Of a stretch of 64,000 nt of DNA, positions 37,257 to 49,339 are shown in pieces (position 1 is the stretch's first letter; each line of letters starts with the position of its first letter). Origin of the DNA: Paragordius varius (lineage: Eukaryota > Animalia > Nematomorpha); the NCBI GenBank assembly GCA_964247055.1, contig OZ176053.1:11160001-11224000 (forward strand), given 5' to 3'. The notes beneath the pieces are model-generated. The model was given only the letters and a program-made list of their open reading frames with translations. It did no database searches and was not told the DNA's origin. The position numbers and the translations under genes are program-made.

Positions 37257-38355
37257 TTAAGCTTCTTGTTTAATTTCAGAAGACATTTTATTTTCATCAG
37301 AGGCTGAGATTGGGAGCTTGGGTGCTGGCAAACGGTATTCTACTCGATCGACCTTAACTTCTCCATTGATTAAGCGATAAACGTATGTTGTAAGCGAATC
37401 TGACTGAATATCCATCAATGCAAAACTTGGTATAACCTTTTCCTTTTAAGAATAAAAATGATTAAATATATATACTTCATAAGGGATTTTGCATTAAATT
37501 TTGACAATTATTGAAAATCAGATAAAACATTTAATTATTACAAATTAAAGCATTTTAGGGTATGGTAGGGTGTGATTTTGATATATTAAGGTTATGTAAC
37601 ATCAATTTTATAAAAAAATCATCCAGGGATTCCAGCAGGTGTTAATTTTTAAATGTTATGATTTATAGAATGCCCAAAAAATATAAAAATATAATGCAGT
37701 TATATTAGATATAAAAAGCGACTATATATTGTACAATTATTTGTACTAAATAAAATATATCTTTTTAATTAAATATATTGTTTTATATTTAAAAACATAA
37801 TGAATATAAATATAAAGGATGCCAAAATTTTTATATACTTCTGTATTAGACATCGATGCGCCGGTAATAGAGCCAGGGTTCAGGAAAAACTTACCAGAGA
37901 ATTCAAACGCCTCAAATTTATGTGTATGACCATATAATAATATATCAACATCCATTTGTCTTTGCAAATTTATCAGAGAAAATTTGTAATTATTAGAAAT
38001 TGGTGGTACCAACTTTATATAAATTAATAATTAAATGGTACCTGATGCCCATGCACAAGTCCAATACGAAATTTATTTACTGTTATAACTTTTTGTTCCG
38101 GGTATTCATCCTAAAAATATTTTAGACATATATACCTGATCAAAGTTACCTTTAACCAAATGTATGTCACTAGCAAGCGTTTTTAAATAATTTAGGGTGT
38201 CTTGAGTGCATAAATTGCCTCAAATTTTATATTTAAATCATACCCGTGCATAATATATGCTGTATCTTTCCAGGAACCAGAAGTTTTATAAATTGTTCCG
38301 GCAAGGTATGACATTTATACGGGATAAAAAAATCTCCGACAACCAAGACTAACAT
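37257..38355 (-). CDS. VPS29: Vacuolar protein sorting 29 (retromer/retriever subunit), about 205 aa
   Basis: Exons 38355-38244, 38218-38136, 38110-38042, 38012-37839 and 37436-37257 give [42 protein letters not shown]...KGNFDQ|[23 protein letters not shown]|LVP...[20 protein letters not shown]...[10 protein letters not shown]...[11 protein letters not shown]...VKVDRVEY. Confidence 0.97.
38013..38243 (-). other. Three ultra-short VPS29 introns: 38243-38219 (25 nt), 38135-38111 (25 nt), 38041-38013 (29 nt)
   Basis: GTATGATTTAAATATAAAATTTGAG, GTATATATGTCTAAAATATTTTTAG and GTACCATTTAATTATTAATTTATATAAAG. Each is needed to keep the highly conserved VPS29 frame. Confidence 0.92.
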
Positions 38356-38564
38356 GCTAAGTTCAATAAATCACCTGTTTGATGTTTTATGGCAAAAACA
38401 CGTTTAATTAATGCTCTGCATAAAACTCTTGTTTTTTCTTTGATTGGATTTTCAATATACGGAGCCAGTGATTTATGTCTTATGCTTCATAATTATTACA
38501 CTAATATAAAACCTGTGTTGGAAAAAGAAAAACAATTGATTGAAAAAGTTTTGTCGGAATAAAC
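38356..38564. promoter_or_regulatory. Probable bidirectional promoter shared by VPS29 and MED31
   Basis: Only 209 nt separate the two divergent start codons. No specific motif was identified. Confidence 0.55.
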
Positions 38565-38978
38565 ATGAGTTTTTGGGATTTTAATAACATTGTTCCACAA
38601 AATAACAATTATGAAGAAGAAATATCTGTCAAAAATGAACCAACCGAAGACCCTGAGTTTTTACGTTTTAATACAGAACTTGAGTTTGTTCAATGTCTTA
38701 GTAACCCCAATTATCTGAATTATCTCGCGCAAAATAATTTTTTTAAAGATCCTAACTTTATTCGGTACCTAGAATATTTGCAATATTGGAAAGATTATCC
38801 ATATTGTACTTACCTCAAATACCCACAAGCATTATATTTTCTGGATTTATTGCAAGACAAAACGTTTCAAAAAGAGATTGCCAACACTCAATGCGCTAAA
38901 TTTATCGAAGATCAACTCATTATGCAATGGCAAAGATATATAATTAAAAAGAATAAATTAACTCAAACAGGCATGTGA
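38565..38978 (+). CDS. MED31: Mediator subunit 31 (SOH1), intronless
   Basis: [41 protein letters not shown]...Y...[14 protein letters not shown]...F...[17 protein letters not shown] is the MED31 signature. Confidence 0.97.
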   Translation: MSFWDFNNIVPQNNNYEEEISVKNEPTEDPEFLRFNTELEFVQCLSNPNYLNYLAQNNFFKDPNFIRYLEYLQYWKDYPYCTYLKYPQALYFLDLLQDKTFQKEIANTQCAKFIEDQLIMQWQRYIIKKNKLTQTGM

Positions 38979-39011
38979 TACAAAAGACACGAATGATAAT
39001 AAATTTCATAT

Positions 39012-39885
39012 TTATTGATATATGTCTAATATTTGAGTAGATATATTGTTAATTGTTTCTTCAGTCATATTTTCATCGAATTTTAGCCACCATTCACTTT
39101 TTATAATTTGAAAAATCAAATTATTCTTTAAATCTCTTTCAGTGACATTTATTTTGCTAAAGGTCAAATTAATGATAGCTAGTGCTATGTTGTTGCATGT
39201 TAGATCTCCAGATTTATTTTTTGGAAAATAAATTGCTTCAACAATTTTTGGCGATAAATATATGTCTTGCAAATAGGTAAAGGCTGTTTTGTAAAGAATT
39301 TCATGCAGAGGTATCATACCGTTATTTATAGTGTTCTTTTGGTAATAATTTAAGGGTTGACATCTATTAGGCAACCAATCAAGAAATACTTTTAAGAAGG
39401 ATAACAAAGTCTAAATTATAAAAAAAATTCACTAAGTGAGGATGGTCATAAAAAATTTTGAATTTAAGTTTGAGTAGCAAAACATATTCACAGAAAGAGA
39501 CAGCATCGATATATTTATCGTAATTTTCTGGACTCAAACATTCTTCGGTGATTTTGGATTGAATACAGTTACAAATATAGTACACAACATTTATAATATC
39601 CTTTAACCTATGTGCCTCTTCGTGAGCTCTTGAGGCCAAATACAAAATTGTAATAACATAAACCTTAATAAACATTATTTATACCTTATCATTTATGTTT
39701 GTGCAAATTTCAATAGTTTGATGAGCGTATACGCAGGATGTAGCAATCGATAAACCAGTAAATTTTAACTGTGATCCTAAAAAATAAGTAAGTTTGAAAC
39801 CACAGAGCCTTATCAGTTCAACCGCATGCCTTAGTTCTAACATTAAATAATACCAAGTATGATTTAAACGAAATCGAAAATGCAT
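39012..39885 (-). CDS. CCNQ: Cyclin Q (FAM58A/cyclin M)-like protein, about 268 aa; N-terminus uncertain
   Basis: After removing introns of 24, 21 and 22 nt: LIRLCGSQLKFTGLSIATSCVYAH...ILYLASRAHEEAHRLKDIINV...FCEYVLLLKLKFKIFYDHPHLTLLSFLKVFLDWLPNR...TAFTYLQDIYLS. This parallels FAM58 ([66 protein letters not shown]). Confidence 0.8.
39411..39800 (-). other. Three ultra-short cyclin Q introns: 39800-39777 (24 nt), 39684-39664 (21 nt), 39432-39411 (22 nt)
   Basis: GTTTCAAACTTACTTATTTTTTAG (in frame, no stop), GTATAAATAATGTTTATTAAG (in-frame TAA) and GTGAATTTTTTTTATAATTTAG (frameshift). Confidence 0.8.
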
Positions 39886-40327
39886 TTACAAAAAAAATTC
39901 AGATGAAAAGGTATTCGTTACTATAAATACATGCATCAGGTTCATGTTATAAGAATTTTATTTAAATGTATTTAAAGCCACTTAAATATATATACGACCA
40001 AATAGAAATATAGGTACTGATGAAACAAAGACTATAATAATTTGATTTATGCTAAAAATTATAAGATGCGCAATTTTTTAAATGTGTCTAGATAAAATTA
40101 AATCTGGGTTCATTTGCATATTTGATCAATAAAATCCGTTAAGATTGCGTCCAAAATAGGGAGGGCATAAGATAACCTGATGATAGATGTTTTTATAATA
40201 TGTTAAAACATAATTATACCGTTTTAATAATGACTTTAATAAATAAGTAAGTTTCGTATAGTTTTACTAAAAATAAATTGTGAAAATGCACTTTTTTCAA
40301 ATCTAATTAGTTCGTATCAAAATTTAG

Positions 40328-40367
<40 letters not shown>

Positions 40368-40559
40368 TTCTTGGCGCTCACGCATTTTTAGGATTCGGAA
40401 CCCCGTAAAAGTTATAATTTAAATACCATTTTTATTTTTAGTACTTTATATATTAGTGATATATTTTGGAATGATGCATTTATCCCCAAATAAGTGATCT
40501 CGAGCACTTACCGCAAAAGTGTTAATGACTTTCTTAACACTTCAATAAAGGGCTATTTA

Positions 40560-41065
40560 ACACCAGACTAATTTTGAGTTTGTATTTTTAAAAAAAAACT
40601 GAAGGAAACGGTCCCAATTTAATTTTATGCTTCTATCCTAATACAAATAATATAAATATGTTAAAATATATAAATAAAATTTTGTTTTAAAAAATATATC
40701 CATGTAAACTACTCGACGCCATTTATATTTTGCAAAATTATACCATAATATTTTTAGGGTAGAATTAAAGCAATTATTTAAATTACATCTAACATTGATC
40801 GAGATAGAAAAAGCGGTTTATTTTGTATTATTTTTCAATTTTACCATTGCACACATTACACGCTGACTAAATTTTTACCTTTCGGCTTTAGCTTAAAATG
40901 AGTAATATCAAGTATTTTTTAATTATTATATATTTCGCTTTACTAATATTATATAAGTGCAAAATTTTGATATACTTTCGATTAAATTTAAATTTTAACA
41001 GGACGGGGGTACCCCAATTTGAATCGAAGGATTAAAATAAATGTGTTGTATTCAAGTGTTATATC
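40560..41065 (+). repeat. Dispersed non-autonomous element, copy 2 of 3
   Basis: Colinear with 29953-30320 and with the reverse complement of 47887-48470. Confidence 0.8.
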
Positions 41066-42289
41066 ACACCAAAAGTATTATTATAACCCTGATGCATTTT
41101 TCTATCACACGTATATTTCATCAGGCTATTTTGGGGACATGTGTAAATTATAAAGGAGAGCAATTTTTATATTTAAATTTGATTTAGATGTGAAATCTTA
41201 AATTTTTTAACCTGTCTGGATCGTGATAAGTACGCAAAAATCCGAGATTGCTTGATAAAATTTATTAAGATTTGGAAATTATAAAAGAATGCGTACTTTG
41301 CGTAAATTTTGACATTTACATAATTTTGTTGTAATTTAGTTTTGATATTTTAAAGCAAGACAAACGATTTTTAAATTATAATACACATTTTCTATATACT
41401 TCAATAACGCTAAATTTTTTATCATCTTAGTTAATTAAATAATTAGTTTGAGTGTGATCCCTCCAAAGCAATTAATTAAAAAATTAAAAAAGAACGGATT
41501 CTTTAATCCTTAGTTGATAAATATCTTCAGCAGTTCGGATTGCACAAAACATCCCAATGAGTTAAATAACACAAATATTGTTTTGTTTTTTTGCAGTTTA
41601 TGTTATATTTTAGTGCTTTTTTAATTATCTTTCACTAAAAAATTTGTTTATAATATAAAGCAGTTAGTATAAAAGTGGTAATGTCATTCTTATATCATTC
41701 TCAAGGCCCAAAACCAAAAAACCTAATTTCGTCAGAATATATTTCATATCCAACGATTTCGTACACCGTGTAATCTAGATAAAACGTTTTTTACCGTTTT
41801 CCATGCTTCATCAACTATTAACGTGGTGAATTTATAAATAAAAAATTGTTTTTTAAACGAAATATAATATTAGGTATAATCAACTAAAATGAACTGTAAC
41901 AGATGGGTAATAAATCTTAAACATTTTGAACGACGCGCTAATGCAAAAAAATAGTTTCGAAAGCTGTTTTGTCTTTAATAACAATAAAAATTTAAGCTAT
42001 AAGAAAAAAACTTAACTTAAGTGTTTTCTCATCACTCTAGTGTACACTTGCTGTCTTCTAACAATTTGCCACGCTTTACTTACAAGTCAAAGGCGACTTT
42101 TTGTTATCCCACCCCAAGTAAATCTTGGTTTATACGTAGTTAATGTTAAACTAAGAGACACAGCCAAAAGTCAGACGATTAACTTGACACAATCCACATT
42201 TTTTTCATCTGCATTAAACGACAAGCACACACCTGAATTAAAAATTAGTGTCTTATCTTTCTCCTTCAATTTTTGTGCTCGTATGGCAT

Positions 42290-43035
42290 CATTGACATAT
42301 AAGAAAAAGGCTGTGGATAGTTTGTTGGCAGAAACATATTGTGAAGATGCTTTATGGAGTACACATGTTTAATATGGATTTGAAATATTAAAAGTGGTAA
42401 TTTCATGTGGAGTAAGGGTAGACCACACAACCACGAGACACTAAAAAATGAGTTAGTAGATGATGACCAAACTCAAACTAACAACAATTGGCAAAAGCAT
42501 TACATGAAACGCAAAAGGCAGTAATTATATGTCTAAGAGCAAAAGAAAAGACCAATAAACGCGGTAAATGGGCTCCACATTATTTAAATGAAGTCGAATC
42601 GAAAATCGCAAAATCACTTTAAATTATGCTCCAACGTCACCGAATGAATTCATTTTTGCATTTAATGTAACCGGTGATAATAGATGGCTTTATTTTCTAA
42701 ATCAAATCTAAAAAAATGTGAATTCATTTTGCCAAACGGATCTATCAATACCAAGGCCAAATCGCTTTGGCAAGAACACCATACTATTAAGGGAGAGCAT
42801 ATGTTTTATGAACTTTTACCCAATGAAACCATTAGTTCTCAACGCTATTGTCAACAAATGATCTATTTAAATCATGATTAGTTGGAAACAACCGGAATTG
42901 GCAATTAGTCATGGTAAAGTGTTTTTGCTTTGACATTCGTCTCTCACATCAACGCCAGTAAAAGCAAATGGAAATCGTTTAGATAGGAAATTCTTTTGCA
43001 TCCGTGAACTCTCCTGCCTGCGGACATTTGACCAA
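42290..43035 (+). pseudogene. Decayed mariner (Mos1-like) transposase
   Basis: Across frameshifts and stops: KKAVDS.LLAETYCE, KSGNF, DDQTQ..QLAKAL, GKWAPHYL, VTGDNRWLYF, YELLPNETISSQRYCQQ, KVFLL, EILLHP..LPAD. These match the mariner motifs WVPHEL, VTGDEKW, YELL.PGETV...RY and YSPDLAPSD. Confidence 0.85.
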
Positions 43036-43119
43036 TAAAACTTCGCATCAATAGGGCACATCCTTGCTGCAGCACTATTTCACAAACTGTGGAATTTGTA
43101 TTTATTTGGTGTTTCGAAT

Positions 43120-43185
43120 TCTTCGCGGCCGCACATACTGTCTAGTAGGGCGGCATGCGGCTCACTGAAAGTGTGGACACCCCTA
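43120..43185 (-). mobile_element. hAT-like terminal remnant
   Basis: Reverse complement taggggtgtccacactttcagtgagccgcatgccgccc...tgcggccgcgaag. Confidence 0.5.
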
Positions 43186-45053
43186 ATTTAGAGAATAGTG
43201 CCCAACACAAATGGCCTCGCGGTCCGCCTTTCGGCTCAAAATGGCAGAGTTGCATTTTCTAATAAATAAACTTAAGGCATTATCATATATTTATTTTATT
43301 AAATTTCAACATGAGACACAAAAATATTGTAATGTACTATGACCGCCATTTATTACCAAAAACAAATATAAATTTGAAACTTACTTTAAGAACATACTTT
43401 AAATCCAAATGTAAGAAAATAATAATTTAACGGTAACAATTTAACCCTTTATTAAGGAGGTTAATGTAAAATAGATATTCTAAGATATGAATCCGTAAAA
43501 CATTTTTATAATGATGAAAGAATGGAAAGTTTTTTTGTTTGGTGGTATCTTCTAATGTTTTTCGGTCCGCACAAAAAGCCAAGGAAGGCCTTATGTTAAA
43601 CATTTGATTTTGTGTTTTTAAATTATTTTTTTTAATAATTTATTTATTAAAAGAACAATATACATATTTAAGTTAAGTTGATAATTCCTTCTTCATGTTA
43701 AAATTATCCTTACAATAAACGTTGGTTATATATAAAGCCAAAACCTTCTTTGTACTTACATACGGTCATTATTTGTTATATAATAAAAAAGATAATAAAA
43801 TATAACAAAAGATTATTGTAACTTGACCTTTTCCTTTGTTACCTCTTAAGTACTTTCGGTATTCATAAAAAATATATTTAAATACCCTGAAAATAATTGA
43901 TTATGATAAAGAAAAATATGATAATATAATGTTGAACGGATTAGTATAATCATTGCATATTTTTTTAATAAATATTTCAGGTAAAAGAGGGATATACACA
44001 TAAGGACTAAATATAAATTTTTTATTTTTCTAACTTTTGCCTTTAATAAATACATACTTTTGTCCAAAATGTGACATCAAATGATGGGTGTTTATTTACC
44101 TTTTTTACAAACCAAAATGCAAATTAGTATGTTGAAAATATGTTTTATTGCAAAACAATTATAGATTTATTTACTTTATACTTATGAATGTGCCATCGTA
44201 TTTTTTCGCACACACCTCTCAACATATTAGAATATCTTAGGTATTATTTATGCTTAAAATGATTCCATACATATTCCTTGATTTTTTCACCATACCTATA
44301 CCATATATATCACAATCTTACCTAAAGTAGATTCTTGTTGAAGACTTTGATTTAATTCGAAATAAAAAACTTTTACAACAAACATGACAATAATAATATT
44401 CTCTATTAATTATATGACTAAATGCCTAATTTATTTGCTTAAACTGATATAATATATTCTCGAATCTTAATCTCATATATATATATATATAAAGATATCT
44501 CCTTTTTAGTTTAGATAATTTATAAGTATTAATTAATGAAATTTGTGACGATTATGCATAGCAACTTTGTTGCTAATTGTTCTCTTAACGAAAGATATTT
44601 TGCTGCCTAACCTATATTGATAATTGTGATTAGACAGACGTCTTTATCGCAAAATTGAGAGAGTTAAAATTTAATCAATACTATGAAAAATAAAGATATG
44701 TATAATTATTGAAGATTATATCAAAAGCAAGTGAATATAACAAAATTTATATTCTATTTCTCGATTCTCTCTGTAGAAATATGTTTGCATATCCAATGTT
44801 ATTTTGAATAGATTGCAGTTAACAAATCATTTTATACACCTATGAATCAAATAATGAGAACATGGCACATTAATTAATAATTTAAACAATTATAGTATAA
44901 CATATAACTGTTAATCAGTTTAATCCATTTCTAACCTTATTTATAGCATAAAAAAGCTTATTCGTCTTAGACAGTTTATAGATATACAATTTATCTTGCA
45001 TATTTTTAAACAAGCTTATTAAACAACTAAATTCGATCGCTCACGATACTCCT

Positions 45054-47801
45054 ATGAAGAAAAAATCAAACTCTCCATATGATCTTTGGTTTGTTGGAGT
45101 GAATGGAATTGCCTTTCTACATAACGAAGAAAAACTTACTAATTTAGTATATAGCATGGTTCAAACAATTTTTAATACCCTGCTAATGAGTAAAAATTGT
45201 ATTATCCACCCAGATAACAGTCAAATTAATACTACTAAAATTCTGTTTTCTTTTATTGAAAATTGGGAAAATTATTTACCGCATGTCAGCATAAACCTGT
45301 GTTCCAAGGGCATACACTTAACCCATTTTTCTAACAATAATAACGATAGTCATTATGATAAAAACCATGCTGTTAATGAATTTAATATTTACAATATGTT
45401 CCGTAATGGTGCCGACCTCAATTTTTCTAACAATGAACAAAATGGATCTCCAAAAAATATTGAAAGCAATTTAAACTTTGCTCATTACATGCCCCCTAAC
45501 CAAAATTTACCGTTTGATCACGTAACTGATTCTAAACATTCGCTGCATACTATCACCATACCTCATATAGATTACAATAATAATTTTATTATTGGGGGCA
45601 TACATAAGCCCCAAAATATGGTTCATCATCATCATGAGTTAAATAGTATTTGTGTCAATAAATCTTGTGGGGACGCCAAGAAGACCGAAAAGTATAAGGA
45701 TAAAAGAAGAAGGGAAGGTTTTTCCAAACCCAACACAGAATCAATTCCATCCGATTCCCCTAGGTCGACGATCAAATCCTTAAAGTTTTTTGTGCCATCC
45801 CACGCCTTAGTATCGTGCCATCTTATCCCAATTAATCTACAAGCGTTATTTTATCATCATCATCATAATTATAAAAGCACAAAGTATCAATCGGTTAAAG
45901 ATGAAAAAAGATTGGATCCTACATACGATTTGTATGTGCTAGCATGTGTCTTGTTAATCTATAATCCTAAAACTAATTGTCCGGTGCATTTATATGCGTA
46001 TTCATGCCGTGACTTAACCATAGCAAACACTATTTATCACCAACTCAATGAACTAATCCAGGAACGAGCTAATAGACAACGCTTAAGGCATGTCATATCT
46101 TTTACATAAAAATTGGTGTCGTTAAAATAATTTTATGTGCATATAATTTATCTTTTTTCTTTTTGAGAGTAGTAACATATATATAATTTTTCATTAAGTA
46201 AATAGAATAATGGTTAGGTTATATGTGTCCTCTTTTACCTTATCATATAAATTTAATGACTAGCACACAAGTTAAGTGCGAAAACCATTTATGCAAATTT
46301 TACAATGCAATAAAAACTGTAAGATTTCATATAAAAAATAGCTATTTTTCTTCCATTATAATAAAGAATATGAAAATAATGGACGGTTACTTTTATAAAA
46401 TATTTAACTGTATCCATATTTATAAAATTTTACAACAGATTGATTGAGGAACGATTAGAGCAAATGGGTATGATCCATACTAACTATAAGACAAACAATA
46501 ATGTTAATGATAATATCAAAGAAAGTTATTCAGAACAAACTTCTGCTTCAAAAATCGTAATTCCCAAAATAAACGTTAACGGGAATGTGCTAACTTTACA
46601 ACAACCAATTACCGAAAATAACGTTAATCAAGTTAAGATTATTTCTAGCGAAAATGCAAGCGTAAATCTTAATAATCCCTCCGTAACAGCTAATGGAGAA
46701 TCAATTATTAAAACCAATCTTCAGAATGGGAACGCTAAAAATTATTATAATCATAAGGCTAAAGTTAATAAACCGAAAAATCTATTGATTCATGCCTGGA
46801 ATGAGCAAAGAGAAGCTTTGGCCCATGAACTTAAGCAAAAGTTGGCGCTTAAAGCCAAGGACCCTGTTTACATACCACCATGTGATTACGACAATGAAGA
46901 AGTTGCCGACCCACATGAGTTACAATCCCTCAGTAACAGTAATGAAAATGCAAAGGATGGCGAAAGAAATTTCGACACAAGCGCATTACCATTAAGACTT
47001 AGGACTTACAAAGTTAAGTTGCCGAAAAAAATGTATTTACCCATGCCTGATGTGTCAGAAAACACAACAGACGTAGACGAAGGTCACCAGAGTATGAGTG
47101 AAAAATCATCCACAAGCCTTCACAACATAATGATAATGGGGTGCAATGAGAAGGCACAACATCAAAAGCAAACCTATATTTCCCCGACAACTAATAAAAA
47201 CCTAATTACCAAAGGAATGAATGACACAAAGAATATTAGTTTTACCGAAGATGGTCTTATGCTTATGGATGTTTCTTCCACAATCAGGCCAACAACAAAT
47301 GTACAAAAAAATGAGGATAAAATATTGAAAAAGTCCATGAACAAAAGTAGTTTATCGGATGAATCTGAAGATTATATAAGTTGGTCGAATTCATCTGAGG
47401 AACGACACAAATCCACATGCCTTACAAATGAACGTGAACCATTAACTACTCTTACTCCGGCCAATATTATGATGAACAAAGAATCGTCAAACCACATTCC
47501 GTATATGGATCCGATTCAACAACCTACCACTAATTATTTTAACAACAAGCCATCAAATCAAACAAAATATTTGGGCGCTACAAAACCATACAAAATAGAT
47601 TCATACGAAAAAAGATATTTTACTAAGCTCATGGTTAGGAGTGGTGACAATGGAGACCAACAGGTTGGGGATTGTTATGATGTGTTACCCATGTCGCAAT
47701 ACAATGGACATAATGACACATTTTACGGTCGTGGTAAAGAAAATGATTTTGGATGGCAAGAGTATTCGGATAATTTTAAGACCAGATTATTTTTATACTA
47801 A
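45054..47801 (+). CDS. Uncharacterised protein; N-terminal half resembles a PTB/PID-like domain with an Asn-rich insert, followed by a long low-complexity tail
   Basis: Two long ORFs (351 and 453 aa) join in frame through a GC-AG intron at 46088-46438 (AG|GCATGT...cag|A). PTB-like elements: YDLWFVGV, VSINLCSKGIHL, VLACV and PVHLYAYSCRDLTIANTIYHQL. The domain call is from pattern recognition only. Confidence 0.65.
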
Positions 47802-47886
47802 TTACATACATGTTTAATAATATTTATAAATTAATTTAATAAATATGTATGAAACGCAAACATCACTATATTTTCTTCTTATGCAA

Positions 47887-48470
47887 CTTTAACACTTGGA
47901 TACAACACATTCATTTTTGTCCTCCGATTCAAATTGGGGTAGTTAAATACCCCAGGCTTGTTTAAAATTAAATTCTTTAAAAAAATATGGAAGGAATCGA
48001 AACCATGGCAAAATTTTGCACTTATATAACATTAATGAACCAAAATATATAAAATAATTTATTCAAAAAAATTTGAAATTACTTATTTTAAGCTAAAACC
48101 AAAAGGTAAAAATTTCTTCGACATGACATGTGTGAAATGGTAAAATTAAAAATTATTACAAAACAAACGGCTTTTTCTATTTCTATCAATGTTAGATGTA
48201 ATTTAAAAAAAAAATTAACTTTAATTTACCCTTAAAATTAAATTAAGACGATATTTTGCAAAAAAATTTTAAAATAAAAATGGCGTCGAAGTAGTTTGAC
48301 ATGGAACTATTTTTTCAAAACAAAATTTTATTTAGATATTTTGGCATATTTATAAAATTTTTATTAGGATAGAAGCATTAATTTAAATTGGGACCATTTC
48401 CTTCAGTAGTTTTTTAAAAATCTTAACTCAAATATAGTCTGGGGTAATTAGATACCCCAATTTGAATCGA
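47887..48470 (-). repeat. Dispersed non-autonomous element, copy 3 of 3, with an internal inverted pair
   Basis: gattcaaattggggtagttaaatacccca (about 47926) and tggggtaattagataccccaatttgaatc (about 48439) form an inverted pair; the body is colinear with copies 1 and 2. Confidence 0.8.
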
Positions 48471-49339
48471 TAATTTAATGGAAGCGCAATAGTTATTATT
48501 GCGAGTTGGAATTTAGGCAGTTCAATCCACATACATGAAAGATTTTTCCGTTTTTGAATTAGTCTTAAATCTCAAATATCACGATAAATCATAAAAACAA
48601 ATGTATTTTTACCATTTATTGCATTGCTTAAAAGCGAATATATACAGCGAAAAGTGAAGGTAATAAATAATCAAAAGTTTTATGGTGCAGAAAATGATTG
48701 TGCAAATTTAGGTGCAAAACTACATAACAAAGTGCAAGGTGCAAGTGCAAAAATATTTAAAAAATATTATATAAAATGTTAAAATTAAACTAAAATATAA
48801 TAATTGGTTATTTTTTTTTAAATTTTTTTTGCAAAAAATTATTTAATTTGGCAGTTTTTGTAGAATGTTGAAAGCGTTAATTCTGCTGCTTTTGTTGCTG
48901 TCGAAGTTGACTATTGAGGTTTGATTGCCAGGAATTATGGTTCCAATTTCTTTGGCTATATATAAATATTAAGTTATTAATATATGTTTAATAATTATGG
49001 AAACCGAGTTAGAAATCTATATTTTGCAAAAAGATTGATCATACAATTTTTTTAACATCCTCAAAACAGATTGATATATTCTTTGGGTTGTGGTATTTAT
49101 ATATTGGTCAAATGATATCCAAAAAATATTATTATAATTAATTGTTATTAACAGCACAAGTTTAGTTATGCATTGGTTTAAGTGAGAGAAGACGTAAAAT
49201 ATACATAGAATTAATTCGATACAGAGACCATTTTGTTGAGTGACATTCAGCTACAAAAACACATGATTTTGCCTTGTGTAGCACCTTTTTTATCCCAGTA
49301 ATCATGATAAATTTAGTGACTGAAAAAATTTCCGGCAAC

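Noticed and set aside
39679-39681. Stop-codon reassignment (TAA read as Gln, as in ciliates) for the in-frame TAA in cyclin Q
   Set aside because: VPS29, cyclin Q and the LLTP end in TAA, long exons lack internal TAA, and a GT-AG intron explains the site.
19468-39800. Pseudogenes, programmed frameshifting or assembly errors as the cause of the broken frames in CRBN, VPS29 and cyclin Q
   Set aside because: Every break coincides with an AT-rich GT...AG segment whose exact removal restores the frame and the alignment. Random indels would not do this repeatedly.
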